In this document: in pieces, positions 10,026-19,218 of the stretch
How positions within the stretch are numbered: the first letter of the stretch is position 1
Layout: each line of letters starts with the position of its first letter
Virus record (IMG/VR): IMGVR_UViG_3300045988_037604
Origin: a virus
DNA: 64,000 nt
Direction: 5' to 3' (one strand)
Position numbers and translations under genes: made by a program
The notes under the pieces: generated by a model
What the model was told of the DNA's origin: nothing
What the model saw: the letters and a program-made list of their open reading frames with translations, nothing else
The model's database searches: none

Positions 10026-11972
10026 ATGGCTTTATTTGAATTTGAAACTTATAATCAATTTCTTAATAAGAATGATTATGAAGGAGCAGCTAATTATGCT
10101 TCTAAATCTTATTTTAAAGATAAAAACCAACAAGCTAGAATGCTTGATAATATAAAAATACTTCGTAATAAAGGAAGAGTTTATAATGGTATGATGAATC
10201 GTGCTACAGATGACCAAAAACAAGCTCTTGCTTTTAAAACTGCTATGGATAATGGCACTCCATTAGATATAAAAAATAAATATTATAAACAATATGTAGA
10301 TGGAATAAATAATTTATTTGGAAATGACGCTACTAGTATAGCAATAGAATTTGATTCTGCTAAAAATAAAAGATATGGTCGTATTCCTGTTTATTCTGAA
10401 ATAGTTGATTTAATTGGAGGTAAAGGTGCTGGAAATGTTGATTGGCTAGCTAAAGATGAAGATTATGGATTTAGTGGTTTTCAACAATTTCTTTCTAATA
10501 TGGGATATTCTGATGATGCTAGTGGTATGCAAGCATTTAATAAATTAGGAGTTAAACGAGAAACTGTTAATGGTAAAACAAGAATAACTGTAACTAAGGA
10601 TAATCCTAATCTTTATAAAATCATGATGGCTCTAAATAATGTTGATACTAATCATTTACCTGGTAATGGTAATAAAGTTATTCAACAAGGAATTAGAGGA
10701 GAAAAAAGATTTAAACTTGCAGGTGTAGATAAAGATGGAAAACTTATTAAACTTCAAAATGGAAATATAAATTATGCTGAATCTCAATCTGCTGCTTGGG
10801 GAGAAAATAATCCTATGAGTAAAGGATTTAGCCAATTACTTGGAACTCTTAGTGAAGATTTGACTGTAAGTGATAGAAGTCAATCTGATGATTATTTTGT
10901 TAATCCTGATTTTGCTTATTCTTCTACTTTACCTGAAGATTTAGGACGTGTACCTAGAGATAAAGATAATATTAGAGACCAATTTGGAAGTATAGAAGAT
11001 GTACTTCAAAAAACTAAAAATATAGATAAAGAACTTACTGCTAAAGAAGAAGAAAGACAAAAAGATATGACTATGAGTACTACTGTAGCTGGTAGTCTTG
11101 GTGCTAGTATGGCTAGACTTGAATCTGATTTTAGTAGAGGATTAGTAGATGCTCAATCATATAAAGTATATAAACAAACTTTAGAAGATCATTATGAAAA
11201 TCTTCTTTCAGCTGCTGATATGACTCAGTATAATGTTTATGCTACTAATTTTGGAGATGATGACAGTGAAGATGGAGTTCAAAAACGATTAGATACTAAA
11301 AATAGACAACTTCTTAATGATGCTATTGCTGGAGCTATAGGTAATAATAAGTTAAAATTTAGTGCTGCTATAATGGGAAATATGAGTGGTACTGAAATAA
11401 CTATTTTACCTAAAGTTGATAAAGATGGAAATCCTGTTGGAAAACCAATTAAGATATTTGTTGAAAATCTATTTAAAGGTTCTGTAGAAGAAAGTCTTAA
11501 TCGTGATACTAAAATGCGTGCTCTTAAAGAATTAAATGGTATGGAATATTATGGTTATAGATATACTATACCGACTTTAGGAGATAGTGAAGGTGGAGAA
11601 TTAGGAATTGAACCAGGAGCTCAACAAGCTTATTTACTTCATAAAGATGGTACTAAAACGTTTGTAGATAAAGCTAAAGCTCAAGATATGATTAATCGTG
11701 CTGAGATACTTACAGATTTTATAGATGCTGCAAATCAAACATTCTTTGATGAAGATGGTAATTTTAAAAAGAATACTAATATTGAATCTGAAGTAAGTAA
11801 TTGGGCTAATGGTACTACACAAGAACTATATAATGCTACTTATGATAGAGCAAATCTTCTTCAATCTCAAGGTCTTGACAATTCTCTTGAACTTGAATAT
11901 TTAAAAAATAAATATACTCTTATTAAAAATTATATTCTTAATAGCATTGGTTATTTTGATTCTAATAATTAA
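10026..11972 (+). CDS. hypothetical virion protein (648 aa)
   Basis: ORF-track ORF, 12 nt after the previous stop and 5 nt before the next start. I recognise no motif. Confidence 0.7.
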   Translation: MALFEFETYNQFLNKNDYEGAANYASKSYFKDKNQQARMLDNIKILRNKGRVYNGMMNRATDDQKQALAFKTAMDNGTPLDIKNKYYKQYVDGINNLFGNDATSIAIEFDSAKNKRYGRIPVYSEIVDLIGGKGAGNVDWLAKDEDYGFSGFQQFLSNMGYSDDASGMQAFNKLGVKRETVNGKTRITVTKDNPNLYKIMMALNNVDTNHLPGNGNKVIQQGIRGEKRFKLAGVDKDGKLIKLQNGNINYAESQSAAWGENNPMSKGFSQLLGTLSEDLTVSDRSQSDDYFVNPDFAYSSTLPEDLGRVPRDKDNIRDQFGSIEDVLQKTKNIDKELTAKEEERQKDMTMSTTVAGSLGASMARLESDFSRGLVDAQSYKVYKQTLEDHYENLLSAADMTQYNVYATNFGDDDSEDGVQKRLDTKNRQLLNDAIAGAIGNNKLKFSAAIMGNMSGTEITILPKVDKDGNPVGKPIKIFVENLFKGSVEESLNRDTKMRALKELNGMEYYGYRYTIPTLGDSEGGELGIEPGAQQAYLLHKDGTKTFVDKAKAQDMINRAEILTDFIDAANQTFFDEDGNFKKNTNIESEVSNWANGTTQELYNATYDRANLLQSQGLDNSLELEYLKNKYTLIKNYILNSIGYFDSNN

Positions 11973-11977
11973 AAGAT

Positions 11978-14900
11978 ATGGATACAACTCAATTTATAAA
12001 TAAAGGTGGTTATGAAGTTCTTAATCCTCTTTGGAGTAAATCCAAAAAGAACACTCAACCTAAAACTATAATTAGTGCCAGTCCTCAACAAGGAGGATTG
12101 GCAGAAACTTTTTATAGAGCTAATCCTTCTAATTTTGTTTTTGAAGGTGCTAATAAATATTTAAGATATGGTATTACTCCTAATAGAGTTTCTCCAAATC
12201 TAGATAAAGAATTAGCTGATGCTCAGTCTAATTGGGCTAAAGGTTTTAATTCTATTTCTCAAGCTGTAATATCTGAAACACTTCTTGGTACTCTTAAAGC
12301 TTTTCCTGATTTATTTGATGCTATTACAAATGGATTTCTTCAATCAGATGGAGATTATCAAAATCCTATAAGTAATAAACTTCAAGAATGGCAAGATTAT
12401 TTTAATAATGAAGTTGCTCCTATTTATAGTGACCCAACTCGTGCTGATATATTACATGGTGGACTTACAAATTTTGGTTGGTGGGCTAGTAATTTACCTA
12501 GTGTTATGAGTAGTCTTACTCTTCTTATTCCTAGTACAGGTATTATTAAAGGCGTAGGTTATCTTGGTAAACTTACTAAAATTGGAGCTAGAACTCGTAA
12601 AGGTCTTAGAGCTTTATCTGGAGTAAATAAAGCTATTGATGAAGGTAAAACATTAAATGGTTTTCAGAAAGCTATAGTTGGTGCTACAAGTGGAATGGAA
12701 AGTAAATTTAGTAGATTTGCAAGTCTTTCTGCTAATGCTCTTCTTCAACGTACTATGGAGAATTATCAAGAAGCTCAAGGCGTATATAAAGATATGTATA
12801 GTGATGCTTATGATAAACTTAATAATATGAGTGATGAAGAATATGCTGATTTTGTAAATAAGAATAAACAACTTGTAGAAGAAGCTGGTGGTGATTCTTC
12901 TAATAAAGATGCTATTGCTCGTCGTATTGCCAAACGTTCTGCTGATGAAGATTTTAAATTTAATTATTGGAATGTTGGATTTGATATTCTTCAAATGTAT
13001 GGACTTCGTAATATGTGGAAAGGAATTAAAAGTGGTGAAAGTTCTGGTACTCTTAATAAAGTTCTTAGAGAACAAAAAGCTAGAGTCGGTAAAACTGCTG
13101 AAGAATTTGAAAAGTATCAACAAAATCTTTCTAAATGGACTAAACTTAGAAATAATTTAGCAGATAGACTTAAAGGTGAAAAAGTAGTTGTTGCTGGAGA
13201 ACTTTCTGAAGGTCTTGAAGAAGCTATTAATACTATCGCACAAGAAGAAGGTATGCACGTTGGTAAAGAACTAATTGGAGAAGATATTCATTCTTCATTT
13301 GATAATCGTCTTCAAAAATATCTTCAAAGTGGAGCTATTTATGATTCTGCTTTTTGGGGAGTTATGGGAGGTGTTGTATTTCATCATTTAGGTAGTGGTT
13401 TTGGAAGACTTCAACAAACATTAGAAGATAAAGCTAATTCTAAAGTTGATGATAAAACTGGAGAAAGTAAAAAGAAATCTCCTTTTAGTATTAGTGAATT
13501 AGGAGAAGTTAAATCTCGTAGAGAAGATATGAATAGTTGGTCTGCTATTACTAATACTTATATTAAACGTGCTCAAGAAATTAAGGAAGGTAAAAATCCT
13601 TATTCTATAGGAGAGGATGATAAAACATTAAAAGGTGAAGCTGATATTCAAGCTGCTAAACAAAAAGCAGATGATGACTTTATTACAGATATTACTTTGA
13701 ATGCTGCTCATAAAGGTAATCTTGATTATCTTAGAACATTTATGTCTAGTGATGAAGTTCGTAAAGCTATGGTAGAAAAAGGTGTTGTTAGTGAAGCAGA
13801 ATCTAAAGAACATCAACAAAAAATACTTGATAAAATAGATTCTACTATTGATAGTTATACTAATAATTTATCTAAACTTATCAATCTTGTAGATAATAAC
13901 GCTTTAAATAAAGCTCATAAAAATGATATTGTTCCTATTGAATATCTTCAAGGCATTGCCAGCAATAATGTTAAATATCAGCAAACTATTAAAAGTATAG
14001 GTCTTAGAGAACAACAATATGACCAACTTATAGTTGATGCTTTTGCTAATGAAGATATTCAAAAAGTTCTTGGTAATAAATATACTCCTGAACAATTTAG
14101 GGCTGCTGCTAGTCATGCTTTAATTAGTAATACTATGGCTGCACTTTATGCTGAGAAAAAAAGACTTATGAAAAATAAACTTACTCTTAGTGATAAAGTA
14201 GCTATAGATAATATAGATAGAACTCTTAAAGAATATGGTGAGATGCTAAACGATAATGAATATCGTTTGACTGTTGCTCATATGATTAATTCTGATTTTG
14301 ATGAAAAAGGCAATATTGTTAAAAATCCTACTAATATAGGAGAAGAGTTTGATAATATATTTATAGGTAAAGATGTTACTGGAGCTAATGACCAAACTGA
14401 TGCTCAAATTATATCTAATTTTAAAGCTTTTGCTAAGAAATATAATTTTAATGAAAGACTTGGTAACTTTGAAAGTGAAGAAAATGTTTTAGACCAACTT
14501 CGTAAACATAATATAACTACTACAGAAATTAATAATCTGATTGTTAAAGCTGATAAAGTTGGACTTCCTAGTGACACATTTAGTAAACTTCTTGTTACTC
14601 GTTCTGATATAGAACTTAATAGAAGATATAATCAAGCTCAACTTGTAACTACTGCTGATACTCTTTCTAAAGAATTAAGTTTTCTTCAAAATACAATGAA
14701 TGAAACTAGAAAGAAAGTTATTGATAATAGTTATAAATTTATTAATGGACTTGCAGATAAATACAAAGATGGAGAAAATAATTCTATTAAACAAGCAATA
14801 GATGCTTATTATGTAGATAATGATAAAGATTTTGATTCTGCTACTTCTTTTATGACTGCTTCTGAAAAATCATCTTTCAAAGAAGCTCTTGATGCTCTTC

Positions 14901-17900
14901 ATCTTAATTCTGGTCTTAATTATCGTCTTGGTAAGCAAATCCAAGAATTACTTGGAATGAGAGATAAAATTAAAGAAGCTAGAAATAAAGCTAAAGATTC
15001 TGAAGAAAAAAATGCTCCTGTAGAAGAAGGTAAAACTTCTACTGAATCTACAAGTACTAACACTACTGGTCAAGCTGCTGCAACTCAAAGTCAATCATCG
15101 ACACAAAATGCTTCAAATTCTTCGTCACAAGGCGTTCAATCACAGCAGACAAATAATCAATCAAGTGCACAACAAAAGTCGCCTACAAGCAAAACAAATA
15201 AGGAAAAATCGAATGTTACACAACAGAAATCAGAGTTTACACCAAAGAAATCAATAAATTTGATTTTTGATAAAGATGGTAATCCTACAAAAGCTAATAA
15301 TGTAGATGATGGTTATGAACTTGTAGCTGGAGAAGATGGAACTTATGAACTTACAGGAGCGAAACGTACTGATGATAGATTTTATAATAATACTGACATT
15401 GCTACTAACGATGAAACTCAAATAGTTTATAATCCTTATTTCAAATTTGATGATGAAGGTAATGTTATAAGTTTTGAAAAAGGCAAACTTGGTACTCAAG
15501 CTGATGTAGATGCTTATGAAAAAGCTTTAGATGAAGCTGAAAAACAAAAAGAAGAACAAGCTCAAGATGAAGAACAATCATCAAGTCCTTCTACGGGGGG
15601 GTTATCAACAGAACCTGAAAGTCAAACTTCTAGTGACCAAACTACTCAAGTTGAAGAAGAAACTAAACCTGAAGAAAAACCTGAAAATAAGAAAGAAGAA
15701 AAGAAAGGTCTTTCTCTTGAAGAACAAGATGAATTTAAAGAAAGAATGAGCAAAAAGATTCTTAATGATGTTAAAGCTAATCCAGATTTAGATTTGTCTG
15801 TTGCTAAAGAAGAGTATATTACTGAAGCAATTAAAATAGGTTATAGTGAAGAAGAAGCCAAAGAAATGACTGATAAATGGTTTAAGCTTCCAATTATGGT
15901 TCAGAAAATGATGAAAGCTAAAGATAAAAAATATGCTTCTATTCCTGACCTTATAGTAATAACTGCTGATAAAGCTCTTGATAGATTTAATAAACTTGTT
16001 AAAGAATATAATAATATTGCTAATGAATTTCTTAAAGAATATGCTTCTAATGTAAATCTTCCTGTTCGTAATGGAAAATATTATGGACGTCTTGAAGATA
16101 TTCTTAGATATGTAGAAGATGTAACTAAAGGTACTGAATCTTCTGATTTTATATTTGATGCTATTAAAAATTATCTTAAAACTGATGAAGCAAAAGAATT
16201 ATTTGTTTTAACTGATGAGAAAAATGTAGATAATGCTAATTATTTATCAAATACTCATAAAACTACATATCAAAGAAATGTAGAAAGAATTACAGGTAAT
16301 GTCATTAATACAATAAATATTAATAATCTTTCTGAAATTCTTGATGAAGATGGAATCAAAGCTGCTGAAAAAGAATTATCATTAATAGAACCTGGAAATG
16401 AACTTGATGTAGAAATAAGTACTAAACTTAATAAAAATACACAAGTTATTCTTTATAAACATAATGGAGTTGTTATAGGTTGGCAAGCTCTTTCTGATAT
16501 AAATCAAAATACTGGTAGAAATGTTAGAATTGCTGATTGTTGGCGACATGAACTTGATTTAAGTAAATCCGATAATGATGGAGCTGCTAAAGATTTCTTT
16601 AAACAAATTCTTAATCGTGAAGGAGATTTTGCTACTCTTGATGATATTATTCATAGTGTAGCTTTTGATAAACTTTCTAAAAAAGAATTTAAAGAATTAG
16701 TTACAGCTTTTGCTACTCATCCAAAAATTCAAGAAGCTATTAAAGATGGTATTCTCATAATAAACCAAGAAAAAGGATTTACTTATGAAAAGGCTTTAAA
16801 TGGTGTTGCTAAAATATGGAGATATAATTATGAATTTAAAGACTATAATGAAGTATTAAGTGCATCTATTGATGATTATTATAATAAACTTAGAAGTGAA
16901 ATATCTACTGCTAATTTGATTACTGATGGAAAACATACCATAACTGTAGGTATGATGTCTAAAGGTGAAGTTATAAGAGCTAAGGATAAAGAACTTAAAG
17001 AAGATGGTACTACTAGAAATACATCAGAAGTTGTAGCTCCTATAGCTACTGCGTTAAGTGCTGGTACTGAAGCATATATTGGTGTAGGTACTAACAATTA
17101 TGTTACTATATCTGGATTAGGTGCTCGTAATTATGGTACTACAGGTGAAGCTAAAAATAATCAAACATATCTTTGTCTTCCTAATACAAATGGAACTATA
17201 GATTATGTTGCAGCATACCCTATTACTCTTAGACCGATGACTTATATACATGATGGTAAAGAAACTGAAATACCAACAAATCAAGTTCTTGAAACATTAG
17301 TACAATCAGTTATTGGTCAAATACAAGAAAGACTTCTTAATGTAAAAGATTTTAATGATTGGAATGACCTTAGAAATTTAATTGCTAATATTTATTCTTT
17401 TGATAAGAATGGCATTCTTGGTGGTATAAGAGTTTATTATGATAATTATGGTAATGTTCAACTATTTTGTGATAATGGAAATAAATATACATTATTTGCT
17501 AAAAATGTTAAAGGTAATGTTCCTAATATAATTAAAGTTGAAGTTAATGGAGAAAAAAGAAATGTTTCTTTTGGAGAAGCAGCAAGTTTACTTGAAGATG
17601 ATATTAGAGAAAATACAAGAATTAATATAAATAGCACTCTTATTGCTGCTGATAATAATAGAGCTATGCCTATCAAAAACAAATTTATTTATTATGATAA
17701 AGAAGGTTTTCATATAAATATTCCTGCTTATAATGGACAAAATGCTTTTAATATAAATGCTAGTTCTTACAATAGTTTTCTTATAAATAATAATCTTCTT
17801 AGAGTAGATTTAGCTCAAGAGAATAGTTCTAATTATAGAAAAACTGCCATTAGAAAACCAGGAGGTAATCAAAATTTAACTATAAATATTCATGATAAAA

Positions 17901-19129
17901 TAGAGCAAGAGAACCCCCCCGTAGAAGATATTGAAACTTCAACACCTGTTAATACTTTACAATCAGATATTAACACTATTCTTAATGATGAAAGTATTGC
18001 TTCTAAAGGTATAGCTATTGCTGAAAGATTAATGTCTAATACAGCAACACAAAATTATGAAACTCTTAAAAATAAAGTTAAAGGTCATAAATATTCAACA
18101 GTATTTGATGGTTTATTTCCTGAAAATATTATTTTTGACGATGAAGCTATACAAAAAGAAAAGACTAAAGATAAAGACAATACAAATGTTGTAGCTTATT
18201 ATGATGCTAAAACAGATAGCATTGTTGTTGGAAATGATTGGCTTAATATAGCTTCTGACCCTAAACTTGGTGGAGGTAATCGTGCTGCTAGAGTTTTAAT
18301 TCATGAAAATCTTCATAAACAAATTAATGCTAGTCGAAATAAAGAAAAAGCTAAACGACAACTTAAAACAATTTATGATGATTTTGTTCAAGCAATAGAT
18401 GCTGATATTCTTGATTTATCTGCTGGTAAATTTAAAGAAGTAAATGCTAGACATGGTAATATATTTGAAAATGAAAATCATGCTAAAGATTTTATTAATC
18501 ATATTGCTGAATATAAATTTGATAAACTTCTTGATAAGAACAAAGAAGATACTGCTATTGAAGAATTTATAGTAGAAAGTCTTACTTCTGAAGGACTTAT
18601 TCAATATCTTAATTCTGTTCATGTAGAAGGTGAACACCTTAAAAAAGGTAATAAATCTATATGGCAAAGAATTATGGAATTTATTAATAGTATATTTGGA
18701 TTTGATATAGCTGATGAATCTCTTAGAGCTAAAGAGTTTAATACTCTTGCTAAAGCTTTTAGTAATGAGAAGAAAACTAAAGTACAAGAAGGAACTTTAA
18801 ATTTTAAAGAAGATGAAACTCAACAAACAAAAACTGATAATGTTATATCACAACAAGAGAGTGAAACTAAAGATATTTCTGAAGAAGAAGTTCAATCAGA
18901 AAAAGATGAAGATGAAACAGAAGATATTGGACTTGTAGATAATAATATTGATAAAGCTACAGAAGATGAATTTGATGAAGATGATGATTTAGATTTTTCT
19001 TCTGTTCCTGATAAAAGTCTTAATTCATATTCGACTGTTTTCGATTCTATTACAAGTCTTCCATTGTCAGAACAAGCCAAATTTGCTTCATTAATTGAGC
19101 AAGGTGAAGTTTCTGTCACTTGTCGATAG
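11978..19129 (+). CDS. giant virion cargo/ejection protein (2383 aa) with a zincin-type HExxH motif
   Basis: Uninterrupted 2383-codon ORF ending in TAG 19127-19129. VLIHENLHKQI gives HENLH at nt 18302-18316. It has an S/T/Q-rich linker (about 15040-15250), a K/E-rich linker (about 15650-15740) and an acidic C-terminus (about 18880-19010). Crassvirales place giant ejection proteins next to the virion RNAP gene. Confidence 0.65.
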   Translation: MDTTQFINKGGYEVLNPLWSKSKKNTQPKTIISASPQQGGLAETFYRANPSNFVFEGANKYLRYGITPNRVSPNLDKELADAQSNWAKGFNSISQAVISETLLGTLKAFPDLFDAITNGFLQSDGDYQNPISNKLQEWQDYFNNEVAPIYSDPTRADILHGGLTNFGWWASNLPSVMSSLTLLIPSTGIIKGVGYLGKLTKIGARTRKGLRALSGVNKAIDEGKTLNGFQKAIVGATSGMESKFSRFASLSANALLQRTMENYQEAQGVYKDMYSDAYDKLNNMSDEEYADFVNKNKQLVEEAGGDSSNKDAIARRIAKRSADEDFKFNYWNVGFDILQMYGLRNMWKGIKSGESSGTLNKVLREQKARVGKTAEEFEKYQQNLSKWTKLRNNLADRLKGEKVVVAGELSEGLEEAINTIAQEEGMHVGKELIGEDIHSSFDNRLQKYLQSGAIYDSAFWGVMGGVVFHHLGSGFGRLQQTLEDKANSKVDDKTGESKKKSPFSISELGEVKSRREDMNSWSAITNTYIKRAQEIKEGKNPYSIGEDDKTLKGEADIQAAKQKADDDFITDITLNAAHKGNLDYLRTFMSSDEVRKAMVEKGVVSEAESKEHQQKILDKIDSTIDSYTNNLSKLINLVDNNALNKAHKNDIVPIEYLQGIASNNVKYQQTIKSIGLREQQYDQLIVDAFANEDIQKVLGNKYTPEQFRAAASHALISNTMAALYAEKKRLMKNKLTLSDKVAIDNIDRTLKEYGEMLNDNEYRLTVAHMINSDFDEKGNIVKNPTNIGEEFDNIFIGKDVTGANDQTDAQIISNFKAFAKKYNFNERLGNFESEENVLDQLRKHNITTTEINNLIVKADKVGLPSDTFSKLLVTRSDIELNRRYNQAQLVTTADTLSKELSFLQNTMNETRKKVIDNSYKFINGLADKYKDGENNSIKQAIDAYYVDNDKDFDSATSFMTASEKSSFKEALDALHLNSGLNYRLGKQIQELLGMRDKIKEARNKAKDSEEKNAPVEEGKTSTESTSTNTTGQAAATQSQSSTQNASNSSSQGVQSQQTNNQSSAQQKSPTSKTNKEKSNVTQQKSEFTPKKSINLIFDKDGNPTKANNVDDGYELVAGEDGTYELTGAKRTDDRFYNNTDIATNDETQIVYNPYFKFDDEGNVISFEKGKLGTQADVDAYEKALDEAEKQKEEQAQDEEQSSSPSTGGLSTEPESQTSSDQTTQVEEETKPEEKPENKKEEKKGLSLEEQDEFKERMSKKILNDVKANPDLDLSVAKEEYITEAIKIGYSEEEAKEMTDKWFKLPIMVQKMMKAKDKKYASIPDLIVITADKALDRFNKLVKEYNNIANEFLKEYASNVNLPVRNGKYYGRLEDILRYVEDVTKGTESSDFIFDAIKNYLKTDEAKELFVLTDEKNVDNANYLSNTHKTTYQRNVERITGNVINTININNLSEILDEDGIKAAEKELSLIEPGNELDVEISTKLNKNTQVILYKHNGVVIGWQALSDINQNTGRNVRIADCWRHELDLSKSDNDGAAKDFFKQILNREGDFATLDDIIHSVAFDKLSKKEFKELVTAFATHPKIQEAIKDGILIINQEKGFTYEKALNGVAKIWRYNYEFKDYNEVLSASIDDYYNKLRSEISTANLITDGKHTITVGMMSKGEVIRAKDKELKEDGTTRNTSEVVAPIATALSAGTEAYIGVGTNNYVTISGLGARNYGTTGEAKNNQTYLCLPNTNGTIDYVAAYPITLRPMTYIHDGKETEIPTNQVLETLVQSVIGQIQERLLNVKDFNDWNDLRNLIANIYSFDKNGILGGIRVYYDNYGNVQLFCDNGNKYTLFAKNVKGNVPNIIKVEVNGEKRNVSFGEAASLLEDDIRENTRININSTLIAADNNRAMPIKNKFIYYDKEGFHINIPAYNGQNAFNINASSYNSFLINNNLLRVDLAQENSSNYRKTAIRKPGGNQNLTINIHDKIEQENPPVEDIETSTPVNTLQSDINTILNDESIASKGIAIAERLMSNTATQNYETLKNKVKGHKYSTVFDGLFPENIIFDDEAIQKEKTKDKDNTNVVAYYDAKTDSIVVGNDWLNIASDPKLGGGNRAARVLIHENLHKQINASRNKEKAKRQLKTIYDDFVQAIDADILDLSAGKFKEVNARHGNIFENENHAKDFINHIAEYKFDKLLDKNKEDTAIEEFIVESLTSEGLIQYLNSVHVEGEHLKKGNKSIWQRIMEFINSIFGFDIADESLRAKEFNTLAKAFSNEKKTKVQEGTLNFKEDETQQTKTDNVISQQESETKDISEEEVQSEKDEDETEDIGLVDNNIDKATEDEFDEDDDLDFSSVPDKSLNSYSTVFDSITSLPLSEQAKFASLIEQGEVSVTCR
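15590..15603 (+). repeat. G7-core motif copy S3 (forward)
   Basis: aagtcctTCTACGGGGGGGTTatc, inside gene 11978..19129, read TCT-ACG-GGG-GGG-TTA (SPSTGGL). Confidence 0.9.
17912..17925 (-). repeat. G7-core motif copy S4 (reverse)
   Basis: The plus strand reads gagAACCCCCCCGTAGAagatat, inside gene 11978..19129 (ENPPVED). Bases 17909-17931 are the exact 23-nt reverse complement of 6565-6587. Confidence 0.9.
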
Positions 19130-19153
19130 ATTATTCATTAATGATAATTCAAC

Positions 19154-19191
19154 GTTCTAGAGGAGAAATTAAAATCCTCTAGAACTTTTTT
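19154..19191 (+). terminator. strong rho-independent terminator between the 2383-aa gene and the RNAP gene
   Basis: Perfect 11-bp stem (gttctagagga 19154-19164 / tcctctagaac 19175-19185), 10-nt loop, then TTTTTT at 19186-19191. Confidence 0.8.
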
Positions 19192-19218
19192 GTTTAATAT
19201 AATAATAAATTTAAAGAT

